Positions 25,803 through 35,838 of a DNA stretch of 64,000 nucleotides are shown here, piece after piece (the stretch's first letter is position 1; every line of letters starts with the position of its first letter). The notes beneath the pieces are model-generated. The model was not told the DNA's origin. It did no database searches and saw only the letters and a list, made by a program, of their open reading frames with translations. The DNA is taken from NCBI GenBank assembly GCA_938082855.1, contig CALKCC010000082.1, positions 179-64,178 of the forward strand, read 5' to 3'. This stretch comes from an uncultured Pirellulaceae bacterium. GTDB lineage: Bacteria; Planctomycetota; Planctomycetia; Pirellulales; Pirellulaceae. A program made the position numbers and the translations under genes.

Positions 25803-26870
25803 TTATTCTTCAGGATTGTCTTTGTCAAACTGAAGTGGGAGTGCCTTATCCCAGATAGCTTCCAGAGCTTCTTTGCTCGGAGATTTCAGAGGTCGTACGA
25901 TCCGCAATCCAACATGAAGAGCATCAGTGTGATACCAAATACTCTGAGGCTCCTGCGGATCCTGGTACTTCCAGTCTTCGGTCGAGCCGAGCCGAGCGGC
26001 ACTACGTAGTAGTTCCGGATCATCCTGCCAACTGCCGCCTCGTACAACTCGCGGATATAACTTCAGCGGGACATTAACTGGATTGAGTGCTCCAGACTTC
26101 GTCTTCCCGTAAAACTCGGTATCATGCTGGTCCAGTACCCATTCGGCCACATTGCCATGCATATCAAATAAGCCCCAAGGGTTTGGCAGTTTTTTACCGA
26201 CCTTTTGATATTTGTCGTTCGAGTTTTCGTAATACCAGGCATAGTCATCGATCTTCGAGGCATCGTCACCCCAGCTATATCGAGTCGTCGTCCCTGCTCG
26301 ACATGCGTATTCCCATTCTGCTTCTGTCGGTAGCCGGTAGTACCGTCCCGTTTTGGCTGACAGCCATTTACAGAATGTTCGAGCTGCGTGCTGTGTCATG
26401 CTAATCGCAGGATAGCCCCGTTTTCCCATACCAAAAGTCATATCCGTATAGGGAGCGGTCGGCTTGGAGATTGTTAGCGGGTCGGCAAGCTTATCTCGTT
26501 CATTGGCCGCACGCCCATAGACTTTACGAATTTGTATATCGATGTCCGACATCCAAACTTCATAAACATCCCAGGTTATTTCCGTCTTACCCATCCAAAA
26601 CGGCTCAATGACGATCTCATGCTGAGGGCCTTCATCATCCCCACGGCCTTCTTCACCTTTGGGGCTACCCATAACGAACTTACCGCTTGGGATCGGCACA
26701 AGTTCGATTTTATTGCGTGTATGTTCGACAACCTCAGCATAAGGCTTCATCTCTTTTTCAGAGGAAGCTACGCTTTCAGGGATTTCAATCGGGGCCGGGT
26801 GGTCGAGCTGAGCCAGAACAACCGAGGGCAGAAAGGTAATTGCAAGAAGGATAGAACTGAGGGATTTCAT
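25803..26870 (-). CDS. Formylglycine-generating-enzyme (SUMF1/EgtB/PvdO) family protein, secreted
   Basis: Signal peptide [20 protein letters not shown]. Motifs [31 protein letters not shown] and RVVRGGSW. Confidence 0.9.
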   Translation of the reverse strand: MKSLSSILLAITFLPSVVLAQLDHPAPIEIPESVASSEKEMKPYAEVVEHTRNKIELVPIPSGKFVMGSPKGEEGRGDDEGPQHEIVIEPFWMGKTEITWDVYEVWMSDIDIQIRKVYGRAANERDKLADPLTISKPTAPYTDMTFGMGKRGYPAISMTQHAARTFCKWLSAKTGRYYRLPTEAEWEYACRAGTTTRYSWGDDASKIDDYAWYYENSNDKYQKVGKKLPNPWGLFDMHGNVAEWVLDQHDTEFYGKTKSGALNPVNVPLKLYPRVVRGGSWQDDPELLRSAARLGSTEDWKYQDPQEPQSIWYHTDALHVGLRIVRPLKSPSKEALEAIWDKALPLQFDKDNPEE

Positions 26871-26956
26871 GGGGAATAAACCGCTGTCGAAATATGAGTG
26901 AAGTTTCACTTCTCATTATAGACACGGTATTCTCATGTGCGAATCGGGGCCAGAGG

Positions 26957-27724
26957 CTAAGAAAGCATCTCGTCCATACCTCGGGAATTCTCATTGAGCA
27001 TATTCACCAATGCAACGAATTCCCCACCATAAGCGAGTAAGCGAGCTCCCTGTTGATAACGTTTCTTTCCTGTTTCCACATCACCAACGGGCAACCCCCA
27101 GGCTTTTCCGTATTGCTGACAAAGAGCCGCGACCTTTTCAATCGCCTCTTCTAAGGTGAAGTCCACGTTGTTCTTTGTGATTCTCAATTGCAGATCCCCA
27201 GGGCCGACAAATACTCCATCCACTCCTTCAGTCGAAATGATTGCTTCTGCATTGGCCACCGCTTCCGGTGTCTCAATCTGGCAAATCAGGAATGTGTTTT
27301 CATTGGCCTGAGTAGTAAAGTCGTTGGCATCTGAAAACTGAAATCCATTGTCTTGTCCAACACCATCAATGCCTCGTTCACCAAGTGGTGGAAACTTCAG
27401 GCAATCACGTAGATAGACGGCGCGATCAACGTCATTTACATGGGGTACTAACATGCCCGCTGCTCCGTCCTCCAGATGACGATAAAGAGTCACTTTATCT
27501 ATTGAGGCCGGGCGTAACATGCAGTCAATATCGTATTGATGGCAATAGGCATAGACCGCCTGAAGCTCTCGGACATCCCAGGCCCGATGTTCCGTATCCA
27601 ACCAAATCGCATCAAACCCTGCATCTGCGGCATGAGCAACGTAGAAGGGCATAAAATGCCCCATCGAACAAATCTTTACAAGTTCGTTATTCTTCAGCTT
27701 CTCAATCGTTTTACTACGTCGCAC
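26957..27724 (-). CDS. HpcH/HpaI-family aldolase (2-keto-3-deoxy-acid aldolase-like)
   Basis: 255-aa ORF with a GTG start. Motifs IWLDTEHRAWD and CQIETPEAVANAEAIISTEGVDGVFVGPGDL are typical of the family. Confidence 0.85.
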   Translation of the reverse strand: MRRSKTIEKLKNNELVKICSMGHFMPFYVAHAADAGFDAIWLDTEHRAWDVRELQAVYAYCHQYDIDCMLRPASIDKVTLYRHLEDGAAGMLVPHVNDVDRAVYLRDCLKFPPLGERGIDGVGQDNGFQFSDANDFTTQANENTFLICQIETPEAVANAEAIISTEGVDGVFVGPGDLQLRITKNNVDFTLEEAIEKVAALCQQYGKAWGLPVGDVETGKKRYQQGARLLAYGGEFVALVNMLNENSRGMDEMLS

Positions 27725-27884
27725 TTGGAAATACCTCGGATTTGATGGGAGTTTACATGCTTCATTTCAGTGTTGGATATCGTACCATGTAGACATACAA
27801 AAAGTAGTCAGACTTTCTACTGAATCGCAGTGCACAAAGTCTCAGATACTGCAGGATGCAATTTGCCACCATTGGAGGGAACTA

Positions 27885-28049
27885 ATGCTTCGCAGCGTTA
27901 CCATTGATAACAAATTATTAAACTACCTCGTAGAAGTCATCAACAAGGAATTTGCGGCGGGCGAGGAAATGACTCGTAGCAAACTCTCCAATGCGATCTG
28001 GGATTACGAAAAGGGTGCCATCGAGCAAGATAAGGACGATCAGGAATAA
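27885..28049 (+). CDS. Small acidic hypothetical protein (54 aa), translationally coupled to the symporter
   Basis: Not in the ORF track because it is under 60 aa. ATG at 27885 lies 5 nt after GGAGGG (27874-27879). TAA stop at 27047 is not correct; the stop is at 28047-28049 and overlaps the symporter ATG (TAATG). Product: MLRSVTIDNKLLNYLVEVINKEFAAGEEMTRSKLSNAIWDYEKGAIEQDKDDQE. Confidence 0.35.
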   Translation: MLRSVTIDNKLLNYLVEVINKEFAAGEEMTRSKLSNAIWDYEKGAIEQDKDDQE

Positions 28050-29782
28050 TGACTAAAGGCGGCAAATCCTCATTCGCGTTCTTCACTGTCCTCTGCACCC
28101 CCGGTTTGCTCTTTGCTTCTGAAGGTGGCGGAGTAGGTGCTATCGACTACGGTGTTCTGGGGCTTTATATCCTAGGCACAATCTTCTTGGGTTACTTCAT
28201 TTCCAAGAAGCAGCAAAGTCGATCAGATTACTTCACGGGCGGGGGCAACATGAGCTCCATCCTGATCGGAGTTTCGCTGTTTGCAACGTTGCTAAGTACG
28301 ATCTCTTATCTGGGGATGCCTGGGGAAGCTGCTGGAAAAGGGCCTGTTCATTTCGTTGGTCTGATCGGACATCCACTCATCTTCATCATCTTCGGGTTAC
28401 TCATGTTGCCGAAGTATATGAACCATCGTGTCACCAGTGCCTACGAATTGCTCGAAGAGAAACTAGGAATCGAATTTCGCTTGAGTGGCGGAATCATGTT
28501 TCTCACCTTGCGGCTCATCTGGATGGCGGTCCTGCTGAAAGCAGCCGGCGATGCCATGATTACCATGCTGGATATTGATCAAAGCTGGAGCTTGCTGGTT
28601 GTTGCCTTAATCGGACTAGTCGCGATTATTTACACATCACTTGGTGGACTGCAGGCCGTGGTGATCACCGACGCGATGCAAACGATCCTGCTGTATGGAG
28701 GAGCGGTCACCGTTCTGGTGATTATTACGATCGACTTTGGCGGCTTCAGCTGGATCCCAACTGAATGGCCCGATGATTGGGAAGACCAGCCAATCTTTCC
28801 AGCCGATCTTACGACGCGTGTCTCTTGGTTCGGCTCCATTCTTACCGGAGTCATCTGGTACGTAGCAACCCTGGGAAGCGATCAAACAACCGTGCAACGC
28901 TTTATGGCCACCAAGGATGCAAAGAGCGCCCGCGATGCGATTCTTTGGCAGCTCGGAGTCAGCGTCGTTGTAGGTATCACGCTTTGTTTCGTCGGCATTG
29001 CCTTAATGGCGCATTACAAGAAAGTCGAACCATCAATCCCAACACTTACTTCAGGAACATGGGAGGAGTTTGAGAAATTTGAAACTGCCTATACCGAAAA
29101 CCATGAAGAAGCCAAACCCAACGCCGAAGATATTAAACACTTTTTGGGATGGTCGGACCAAGACGCTGACGCCTGTGCGAAATACATTCATCGCCTACAG
29201 CTCAAACCGGATCAGTACTTCCCCCACTTCATCGCCAATGGCCTTCCTCCAGGACTCACGGGACTGGTCATTGCAGCTATGTTTGCTGCGGCTATGTCGA
29301 GCCTCGATTCCGGCGTGAACTCCATTACTGCTGTCGTTTCAACGGACTTCATCGAGCGAAATCGTAAAGAGAAGCTATCTGAAAAGCAGCAATTGCTCAC
29401 GGCTCGATTTATCGCAGTCGTCGTTGGAGTCGTGGTCGTCTTGGGCAGTGCACTTACGGAATTTATTCAGGGGAACATTATGGAAGTCACTGCGAGTGCA
29501 GTGAACTTATTAACGACTCCCATATTCGGCTTGTTTGTCTATGCGTTGTATTTCAAGAATCCTCATCGGGTTGCCGTCGCGATTGCGACTGCCGTCGGCA
29601 TTCTTACTGCTGTCTTCCTCGCGTTTGGTGACGAGTTTGGCATTCATAATATTAGCTTCCAGTGGATTGGACCATTTTCACTGACCGCGAATCTTGCCGT
29701 GGGTAGCATTTTGAATCTTTTACTAAATCCTAAAACCCCTTCACAAGTCGATGCAGAAAGCACGGAATCTAGTCAGCCTTAG
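28049..29782 (+). CDS. Sodium:solute symporter (SSS family)
   Basis: 577-aa ORF with about 13-14 TM segments and SSS-like sequence throughout (GGGNMSSILIGVSLFATLLSTISYLGMPGE; AAMSSLDSGVNS). Confidence 0.9.
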   Translation: MTKGGKSSFAFFTVLCTPGLLFASEGGGVGAIDYGVLGLYILGTIFLGYFISKKQQSRSDYFTGGGNMSSILIGVSLFATLLSTISYLGMPGEAAGKGPVHFVGLIGHPLIFIIFGLLMLPKYMNHRVTSAYELLEEKLGIEFRLSGGIMFLTLRLIWMAVLLKAAGDAMITMLDIDQSWSLLVVALIGLVAIIYTSLGGLQAVVITDAMQTILLYGGAVTVLVIITIDFGGFSWIPTEWPDDWEDQPIFPADLTTRVSWFGSILTGVIWYVATLGSDQTTVQRFMATKDAKSARDAILWQLGVSVVVGITLCFVGIALMAHYKKVEPSIPTLTSGTWEEFEKFETAYTENHEEAKPNAEDIKHFLGWSDQDADACAKYIHRLQLKPDQYFPHFIANGLPPGLTGLVIAAMFAAAMSSLDSGVNSITAVVSTDFIERNRKEKLSEKQQLLTARFIAVVVGVVVVLGSALTEFIQGNIMEVTASAVNLLTTPIFGLFVYALYFKNPHRVAVAIATAVGILTAVFLAFGDEFGIHNISFQWIGPFSLTANLAVGSILNLLLNPKTPSQVDAESTESSQP

Positions 29783-30800
29783 TTTGTTGTTTTTACAAAC
29801 AACCTGCTTCGCTCAAACAGCGTTTAAAGTTTCCACTGAAACAAATGAGAACGCCATCATTACGTCTATTTGGGCTGGCGGGAGTGCCTTTGTCGACGAG
29901 CCTCAATGGAATGATAATGGCAAGTCCTTTGTGATTCTGGAGTCGACTGGCGAGATCCACCAAATCGGTTATCCCTCTTTCGAATTAATGAAATCCCGGA
30001 ATCTACGCGTAGGCTCGGACGTACTGAGGCGATGCCGTCAGGGCTTTTTACTCGTCGACAAATTCAATTCTCGACTTGTAGTGGTTAATGCCAAGACGCT
30101 TAACGTCAAATACAAGATACAGGTACCCAAACTACATGCTGCCGTTGCTTCACCTCATTCAGATTTGATCTACGTATTAGCGGGAGATCGTCCGCTACTG
30201 CATATCGTTGATCTGAAGTCTGGTGACATCACCAAGTTTGACGATCCTGAATTACCTGAGATCGGTGGGCAATTTCTGAATGTGACTCCCAACGGCACGC
30301 ATGTATTCGTAGGGGATCGCGCCATGTATCACCTAAAGCTCAACGGCAAGTCGCTGGAGTACATTGGCAAATCACCTTCGATTGCTTCCAATCCTGGTGG
30401 TATCTATGTCAGTCCGGATTCACAGTATGTGGCGCTGCCATCGGGTGGAGGAAATGATGGCGTAGCTGGCCTCCCACGATCAGGCTACAACACCTATCTG
30501 TTTGAAACTAAAAATCTAAAGGAAAACACTCGTAGCTTACCCACTGGCGCCTATCCGAGAAGTATCGGTTGGGACGCGAAGAACCAATGGGTTTATGCTC
30601 AGGACTTCGATTATCAGCTGAAGGTGTTTAATAACCAGACGGGCGTTCTGCACTCACAACATGCCTTGTCCACCCGAGGCAATGATGGTGTCCGGTATAC
30701 TTCTCATCCGGACGGCAAAGGACGAGTGCTTTGTACGATGGTCAATCACAAGCCACAGAAGAATGGCCCCGCCAGATTGTTTTTTGTCGAGATACGATAG
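29751..30800 (+). CDS. Hypothetical secreted protein (beta-propeller-like)
   Basis: 349-aa ORF with signal peptide MQKARNLVSLSLLFLQTTCFA. Beta-rich composition. 32-nt overlap with the symporter 3' end. No family recognised. Confidence 0.5.
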   Translation: MQKARNLVSLSLLFLQTTCFAQTAFKVSTETNENAIITSIWAGGSAFVDEPQWNDNGKSFVILESTGEIHQIGYPSFELMKSRNLRVGSDVLRRCRQGFLLVDKFNSRLVVVNAKTLNVKYKIQVPKLHAAVASPHSDLIYVLAGDRPLLHIVDLKSGDITKFDDPELPEIGGQFLNVTPNGTHVFVGDRAMYHLKLNGKSLEYIGKSPSIASNPGGIYVSPDSQYVALPSGGGNDGVAGLPRSGYNTYLFETKNLKENTRSLPTGAYPRSIGWDAKNQWVYAQDFDYQLKVFNNQTGVLHSQHALSTRGNDGVRYTSHPDGKGRVLCTMVNHKPQKNGPARLFFVEIR

Positions 30801-30815
30801 GGTCGTAAGCAACGA

Positions 30816-31022
30816 CTAGTTGGCAAGTTCCTGTTGGTATTCGTCCCGCGCTTTAATCTGATCCAGCGTGCCCTGGACATTGTTCTTTATATTCTTGATC
30901 GCATCGGCCGGACTAGAAGCACTGTTTTGCTGAGGCTCGCTGCTCGACTCAACTTCCGTTTGTTCATGAGAAGTGCATCCCATCGCAGCCAGTAATAATA
31001 CGAGTAAGCTAAAGCGTTTCAT
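30816..31022 (-). CDS. Small putative lipoprotein
   Basis: ATG at 31022 is preceded by GGAGAA. N-terminus MKRFSLLVLLLAAMGC (lipobox-like). 68 aa, acidic and Ser-rich mature part. Confidence 0.5.
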   Translation of the reverse strand: MKRFSLLVLLLAAMGCTSHEQTEVESSSEPQQNSASSPADAIKNIKNNVQGTLDQIKARDEYQQELAN

Positions 31023-31036
31023 GTTGATTTCTCCTG

Positions 31037-31570
31037 CTATTTGTTCCAAGGCATTTTGCTGATAAGCATGCCCATACCACACGTATCGGTTAAACCGGAA
31101 AACACCAGACCACCGCCGATGAAGCCGGCGATCGCCAATCCAATCCAGGCTGGCTGAATCAAGGCCGACACGACAACGCCGGTTAAAACTAGCGAACCGG
31201 TAGCGATCCTTACCTGGCGATCCAACGCCATTGCTTTCTTACCACTACGAGCTACGTCGTACCCGGCTTCAACCCAGGCATCGGTCCCGCCTGTTACATT
31301 GACAATATTAGCGACGTTGGCATCCACAAATTGTTGACAGGCCTTCGCACTACGGCCACCCATTTTACAGATCACATAGAGCGGTTGCTCCGGATTGGCG
31401 CGAGCACTCTGTATTGACTGAACATCGAGTTGATCGAGTGGTTGATTTTGAGCAATGCCCACGTGCACAGCAGCGAATTCAGCTGGTGTACGCACATCAA
31501 TTAGCTCCAGTGATGACTCTGATTGCTGCAAAGCTTTTAATTCAGATACCGTGATCGACGTGAATGTCAT
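31037..31570 (-). CDS. Rhodanese-domain protein with a C-terminal DUF2892 membrane domain (YgaP-like)
   Basis: Rhodanese active-site loop ICKMGGRS. C-terminal two-TM segment ending GLTDTCGMGMLISKMPW, typical of DUF2892/YgaP. Confidence 0.85.
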   Translation of the reverse strand: MTFTSITVSELKALQQSESSLELIDVRTPAEFAAVHVGIAQNQPLDQLDVQSIQSARANPEQPLYVICKMGGRSAKACQQFVDANVANIVNVTGGTDAWVEAGYDVARSGKKAMALDRQVRIATGSLVLTGVVVSALIQPAWIGLAIAGFIGGGLVFSGLTDTCGMGMLISKMPWNK

Positions 31571-31828
31571 GATTCCATTCTTACCTTATAAAATCTGCTA
31601 ATTGACCTCTTCAGTATAGCCGATAGGAGTTCTTTGCCCATTGATTGTCGAGTGCTCGATGAGCCGCCCAACAGCGGTAGGCAAATATGGAATTTTCGGC
31701 CTTATGCTGTTTTAAAAGGCCTACTATACTTAGCGCCAGACACAGTGAACTGAGACTTAGATTGTAAGTTCATCCTTTGTAGCGATGAGCGTCCTGTTCG
31801 CGTACCTCAAAAAAGAAATAGAGCAACG

Positions 31829-33829
31829 ATGGTAACCATAACGCTTCCCGATGGTTCAACAAAAGAGTATGAAAGTGCTGTAACTCCAGGGCAGGTCGCT
31901 GCAGATATTGGCCCAGGTCTGGCGAAAGCCGCGATGGCTGCCGAAGTCGACGGACAAATCGTCGGACTGGATCATGTGATTGATGACGGCAATCAGGCTG
32001 ATTTAAAACTCTTTACCAAAAAGGACGCTGAAGCTTTAGGCGTCATGCGACACTCTGCGGCTCATGTAATGGCACGTGCCATTATGAAGATTTTCCCGGG
32101 AGTCCAGTTGGCATTCGGCCCAACCATCGACGGTGGTTTTTATTACGACTTTGATCTTGAGCACAAGCTCAGTGAAGAGGACTTCGAGGCAATCGAAGCG
32201 GAGATGAAAAAAATCATCAAAGCCAACGAGCCTTTCGAGCGAATTGAAACCGGACGCGATGAAGCACTCAATATCGTCAGTGAACTTGAACAGCAGTATA
32301 AAGTCGAACACATTAGCGAAGGCTTGGCCGAACATGACCAGCTCTCGTTTTATCGTCAGGGTGAATTTATCGATCTCTGTCGAGGACCACACATTCCTTC
32401 GGCGGGAGCCATTGGGGCCTACAAGCTTCTGAGCGTTGCCGGAGCATATTGGAAAGGCAGCTCAGACAACAAGCAACTGCAACGTGTCTATGCGACTGCC
32501 TTCTTTAATAAGCAGGACTTAGAAGATCATCTGACTCGCATTGAAGAAGCAAAGCGACGGGACCACCGTACTCTTGGTAAGCAACTCGATCTGTTTACCA
32601 TCAATCCACTTGTCGGTGCAGGCCTCGTACTCTGGCAGCCCAAAGGTGCCATTATCCGTAGTACGCTGGAGAACTTTGTTCGGGACGAGTTGCAAAAGCG
32701 CGGGTACCAACCCGTCTATACTCCGAACATTGGGAAGATTGATCTTTACGAAACGTCCGGGCACTATCCTTACTACAAAGAGAGTATGTTCGCTCCAATT
32801 CAAATGAGTGATGGCGAAGAGTATTTACTCAAGCCAATGAACTGCCCTCATCACGTGATGATCTATAAATCTAAACCGCGTAGTTATCGTGAACTACCGT
32901 TGCGGCTTGCTGAGTTTGGAACCGTGTATCGGTATGAACAATCCGGTGAGCTCAATGGAATGACGCGGGTTCGCGGATTCACTCAGGATGATGCGCATAT
33001 TTTCTGCATGGCCGATCAGGTCCCTGGCGAGTTTATGGGTTGTATTGAAATGACCCAATTTGTCCTGAAGAGTCTAGGACTAGACAACTACCGAGTTCGG
33101 CTTGGATTCCGTGACCCCAACAGCGATAAGTATGTTGGCTCTCGTGAACTCTGGGATCATGCACAGCGAGCGTTAGTTGAAGTGTGTCAAACACTTGGAA
33201 TTGAAGCCGAAGCCGAAGAAGGGGAGGCTGCATTCTACGGTCCCAAAGCAGACTTTGTGTTAACCGATTGCTTAGGCCGAGAATGGCAACTAGGTACGGT
33301 GCAGCTCGACTACAACTTGCCTAGCGAAGATCGATTCTCACTCGAATATGTAGGTTCCGATAATCTGGGCCATGTCCCCGTCATGATTCATAGGGCACCA
33401 TTGGGATCCATGGAACGGTTTATCGGCATGTTGATTGAACACTTTGCCGGAGCATTCCCTCTGTGGCTCGCACCGGAGCAGGCTCGAGTGGTCGTGGTAA
33501 GTCAGAAATTCGAAGAGTATGGCCGGCAAGTTGAAGCTCAACTGCGTGAAGCTGGAATGCGAGTCAGTGGTGATTATCGTGCCGAAAAAATTGGAGCGAA
33601 AATCCGAGATGCTCAACTCGAACTCATCCCTTACATGCTGATTGTCGGAGGCCGTGAAATGGAAAACGGCGAAGTCAGCATTCGCGACCGTATTGATGGC
33701 GATTTAGGTGCGATGCCAGTTGCTGGAGCGCTCGCTAAATTCCAGGACGAGATTAATAATCGAGTTGTACGCAAGACTTTCAGTGGGAGTGCCGGATTTG
33801 TATCGCGTGGCGCCCAAAATGAATATTAA
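31829..33829 (+). CDS. thrS: Threonine--tRNA ligase
   Basis: 666 aa. N-terminal TGS domain ([11 protein letters not shown]). Editing-domain HxxxH motif (HSAAHVMA). Class II core motifs ([26 protein letters not shown]; [13 protein letters not shown]). Confidence 0.97.
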   Translation: MVTITLPDGSTKEYESAVTPGQVAADIGPGLAKAAMAAEVDGQIVGLDHVIDDGNQADLKLFTKKDAEALGVMRHSAAHVMARAIMKIFPGVQLAFGPTIDGGFYYDFDLEHKLSEEDFEAIEAEMKKIIKANEPFERIETGRDEALNIVSELEQQYKVEHISEGLAEHDQLSFYRQGEFIDLCRGPHIPSAGAIGAYKLLSVAGAYWKGSSDNKQLQRVYATAFFNKQDLEDHLTRIEEAKRRDHRTLGKQLDLFTINPLVGAGLVLWQPKGAIIRSTLENFVRDELQKRGYQPVYTPNIGKIDLYETSGHYPYYKESMFAPIQMSDGEEYLLKPMNCPHHVMIYKSKPRSYRELPLRLAEFGTVYRYEQSGELNGMTRVRGFTQDDAHIFCMADQVPGEFMGCIEMTQFVLKSLGLDNYRVRLGFRDPNSDKYVGSRELWDHAQRALVEVCQTLGIEAEAEEGEAAFYGPKADFVLTDCLGREWQLGTVQLDYNLPSEDRFSLEYVGSDNLGHVPVMIHRAPLGSMERFIGMLIEHFAGAFPLWLAPEQARVVVVSQKFEEYGRQVEAQLREAGMRVSGDYRAEKIGAKIRDAQLELIPYMLIVGGREMENGEVSIRDRIDGDLGAMPVAGALAKFQDEINNRVVRKTFSGSAGFVSRGAQNEY

Positions 33830-33975
33830 TGTTCGAAGGGCTGGCTAGAGTGTTCCGGCTTTTTTAAGTCTGATATTTACTGTAAGAACTTCCCTTTTCC
33901 CCACTGATGGATATAAAATTAGCTTAGCGGCATTACTGTTCCGCACATTTATTTCTACATTCAAAAAGGATATCA

Positions 33976-34479
33976 ATCATCGACCGCGACAGTACTCGTA
34001 TTAATGACCAAATTCGTATTTCACCAATTCGAGTCATTAGTCATGACGGAGAACAGCTTGGGATTATCGAAACTGACCGAGCAAAAGAAATTGCTTCCGA
34101 AGCAGGATTAGACCTCGTCGAAGTAGCTCCTAACGAACGCCCACCCGTTTGCCGAATTATGGACTACGGGAAGTATAAATACGAGAAGAAAAAGAAGGCC
34201 TCTCGTAATACGTCGCATACCAAGACGAAGGAAGTACGATTACGACCTAAAACCGGTGAGCATGATATCCAATTCAAGGTCAACCAGGCTAAGAAGTTCC
34301 TGAAACACAAAGACAAGGTTCAGGTTTCAGTACTCTTCCGTGGGCGTGAAATGGCTCATATCGAAGAAGGCCGTAAGGTCATGAATGACGTACTTGAAGA
34401 GCTTGAAGAATTGGGCAAAGTGGAACAGACTCCACAGCAACATGGCCGACGCATGATCGCCATGGTCGTGCCTCGCTAA
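33976..34479 (+). CDS. infC: Translation initiation factor IF-3, non-canonical start codon
   Basis: The IF3 N-domain ([24 protein letters not shown] ... [15 protein letters not shown]) is encoded upstream of the first ATG (34159). The frame is open from 33928, with no ATG/GTG/TTG between 33928 and 34158. Candidate starts are ATC 33976 or 33979, after AAGGA (33966-33970), or ATA 33970 or ATT 34000. Confidence 0.88.
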   Translation: MIDRDSTRINDQIRISPIRVISHDGEQLGIIETDRAKEIASEAGLDLVEVAPNERPPVCRIMDYGKYKYEKKKKASRNTSHTKTKEVRLRPKTGEHDIQFKVNQAKKFLKHKDKVQVSVLFRGREMAHIEEGRKVMNDVLEELEELGKVEQTPQQHGRRMIAMVVPR

Positions 34480-34482
34480 GGC

Positions 34483-35823
34483 TTACGTCTTCTCACTTGG
34501 TGAAAAATCACTCGACGGTGTGTTCAAAATCGTTTGAAGCACTTCCAGAGTATTCGCCGCCATGGTTTTAGAATCCCGACGCTCTAATACTGCTGCGCGC
34601 CCACGATGGCCAAGCTCACTTAAAGCGTTACGATCCTGTAAAAGCTCATGCCAGCAGGCTGCCAGAGCCTGAGGGTCATCCGGACGCACCAATTGTCCGC
34701 CACCAACATCACCAAGCACTTCTGGAAATGCTCCATGATCCGGCAACACGACCGGGACACCATGTGCCAGCGCTTCTAATGCAAACAGCCCTTTGGGTTC
34801 TTGATACACGGTGGGCACACAAAGCAAATCTGATTCATGCAGTAGATTTAGCTTCCCATCACGATCGACGGTTCCGTAATCAACGAAACAATCCTCAAGC
34901 CCAGCATCCTTCAGTTTCTGAATCTGTTCTTCCGCAAATTGTTCATTGGTGACTCCACGCCATCCAGCCAAATGAAGGCGAACATCATCTGTGTCAGGCA
35001 GCTGCTTCAGTTGTATGAAGGCATCGACAAGGACGTGAAGACCTTTTTCCCGGGACATCCGAGCCATGTATCCAATGGTCCTTGGGCAACTCATATCTGT
35101 GGAAGCTTCAGTAATGTCTTCCGTCTCAATACCGAGAGGTACGACGTGAATTCGATCTGCCGGTATCTGCAGCAATTCCATCATGTACTCACGATAATAT
35201 TCACTGTGAACTAGAAAACCATCCACGTTCGAGACTAGGTCTCTGAGGATATCGATTGCCTGACTTTTGAAGGGCTCAATTAAGTCCTCCAAGAAAATGT
35301 CATCTCCCTGTAACGTGACGACGACGGGAATCCCGAGTCGCTTCAATTCGGGTATGCATCCGCCAATGAGTAGATTGCTGAGTAAAACGACATCCGGTTT
35401 GATGTCACCGCTGAGCCACTTACATAAACGCTTTACTTCTTTACGCTGGTTTCCATTGCGACCTTTGAGCATCGAAACCGTTAGGGCTCCTAGTGCTCTG
35501 GGGCTGATTTCGAGCCCTTTGGATGTAGCCATTCTCAACAACCAGGGTTTGTCGAGGAAGCGATCGAGAAAGGCTGGAAGATAGCGGAAGAAAAAGATCT
35601 TCTGTTGGAGAAAGACGTTGATACCGCCAAAAAACACCTGATCAACACTGACGTCTTCTTCATCTGTGCGAATAGGGGTGTAGGTGGGAACAAGCAGAGC
35701 GTCGACTCCCATCTGGTTCCACGCTCTTGCTAGCGTGTTATCGTGCAAACAGCTGCCGCAGAACATATTTGCCGCGCCGCTGGTCAGATATGCAATCCGC
35801 TCTATGCTCTGTCCATCTCCCAT
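34483..35823 (-). CDS. Glycosyltransferase family 4 (GT-B fold)
   Basis: 446 aa. The C-terminal half has typical GT4 motifs (MARMSREKGLHVLVDAF; PTVYQEPKGLFALEALAHGVPVV). Opposite strand to the flanking translation genes. Confidence 0.85.
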   Translation of the reverse strand: MGDGQSIERIAYLTSGAANMFCGSCLHDNTLARAWNQMGVDALLVPTYTPIRTDEEDVSVDQVFFGGINVFLQQKIFFFRYLPAFLDRFLDKPWLLRMATSKGLEISPRALGALTVSMLKGRNGNQRKEVKRLCKWLSGDIKPDVVLLSNLLIGGCIPELKRLGIPVVVTLQGDDIFLEDLIEPFKSQAIDILRDLVSNVDGFLVHSEYYREYMMELLQIPADRIHVVPLGIETEDITEASTDMSCPRTIGYMARMSREKGLHVLVDAFIQLKQLPDTDDVRLHLAGWRGVTNEQFAEEQIQKLKDAGLEDCFVDYGTVDRDGKLNLLHESDLLCVPTVYQEPKGLFALEALAHGVPVVLPDHGAFPEVLGDVGGGQLVRPDDPQALAACWHELLQDRNALSELGHRGRAAVLERRDSKTMAANTLEVLQTILNTPSSDFSPSEKT

Positions 35824-35838
35824 CCACTCAGCTTAATC

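Noticed and set aside
31571-31828. A 258-nt leader upstream of thrS, examined for a T-box, a ThrRS operator (anticodon-arm mimic) or a small RNA gene.
   Set aside because: Only a weak 6-bp hairpin (TGAACT/AGTTCA, around 31755-31782) was found, with no convincing anticodon-like loop. There is no T-box specifier or T-box sequence and no terminator, so the evidence is insufficient.
33840-33865. A possible weak terminator after thrS (GCTGG ... CCGGC stem with a G-U pair, then TTTTTT).
   Set aside because: The stem is only 5 bp with a 10-nt loop. thrS and infC are usually co-transcribed, so it is not reported as a feature.
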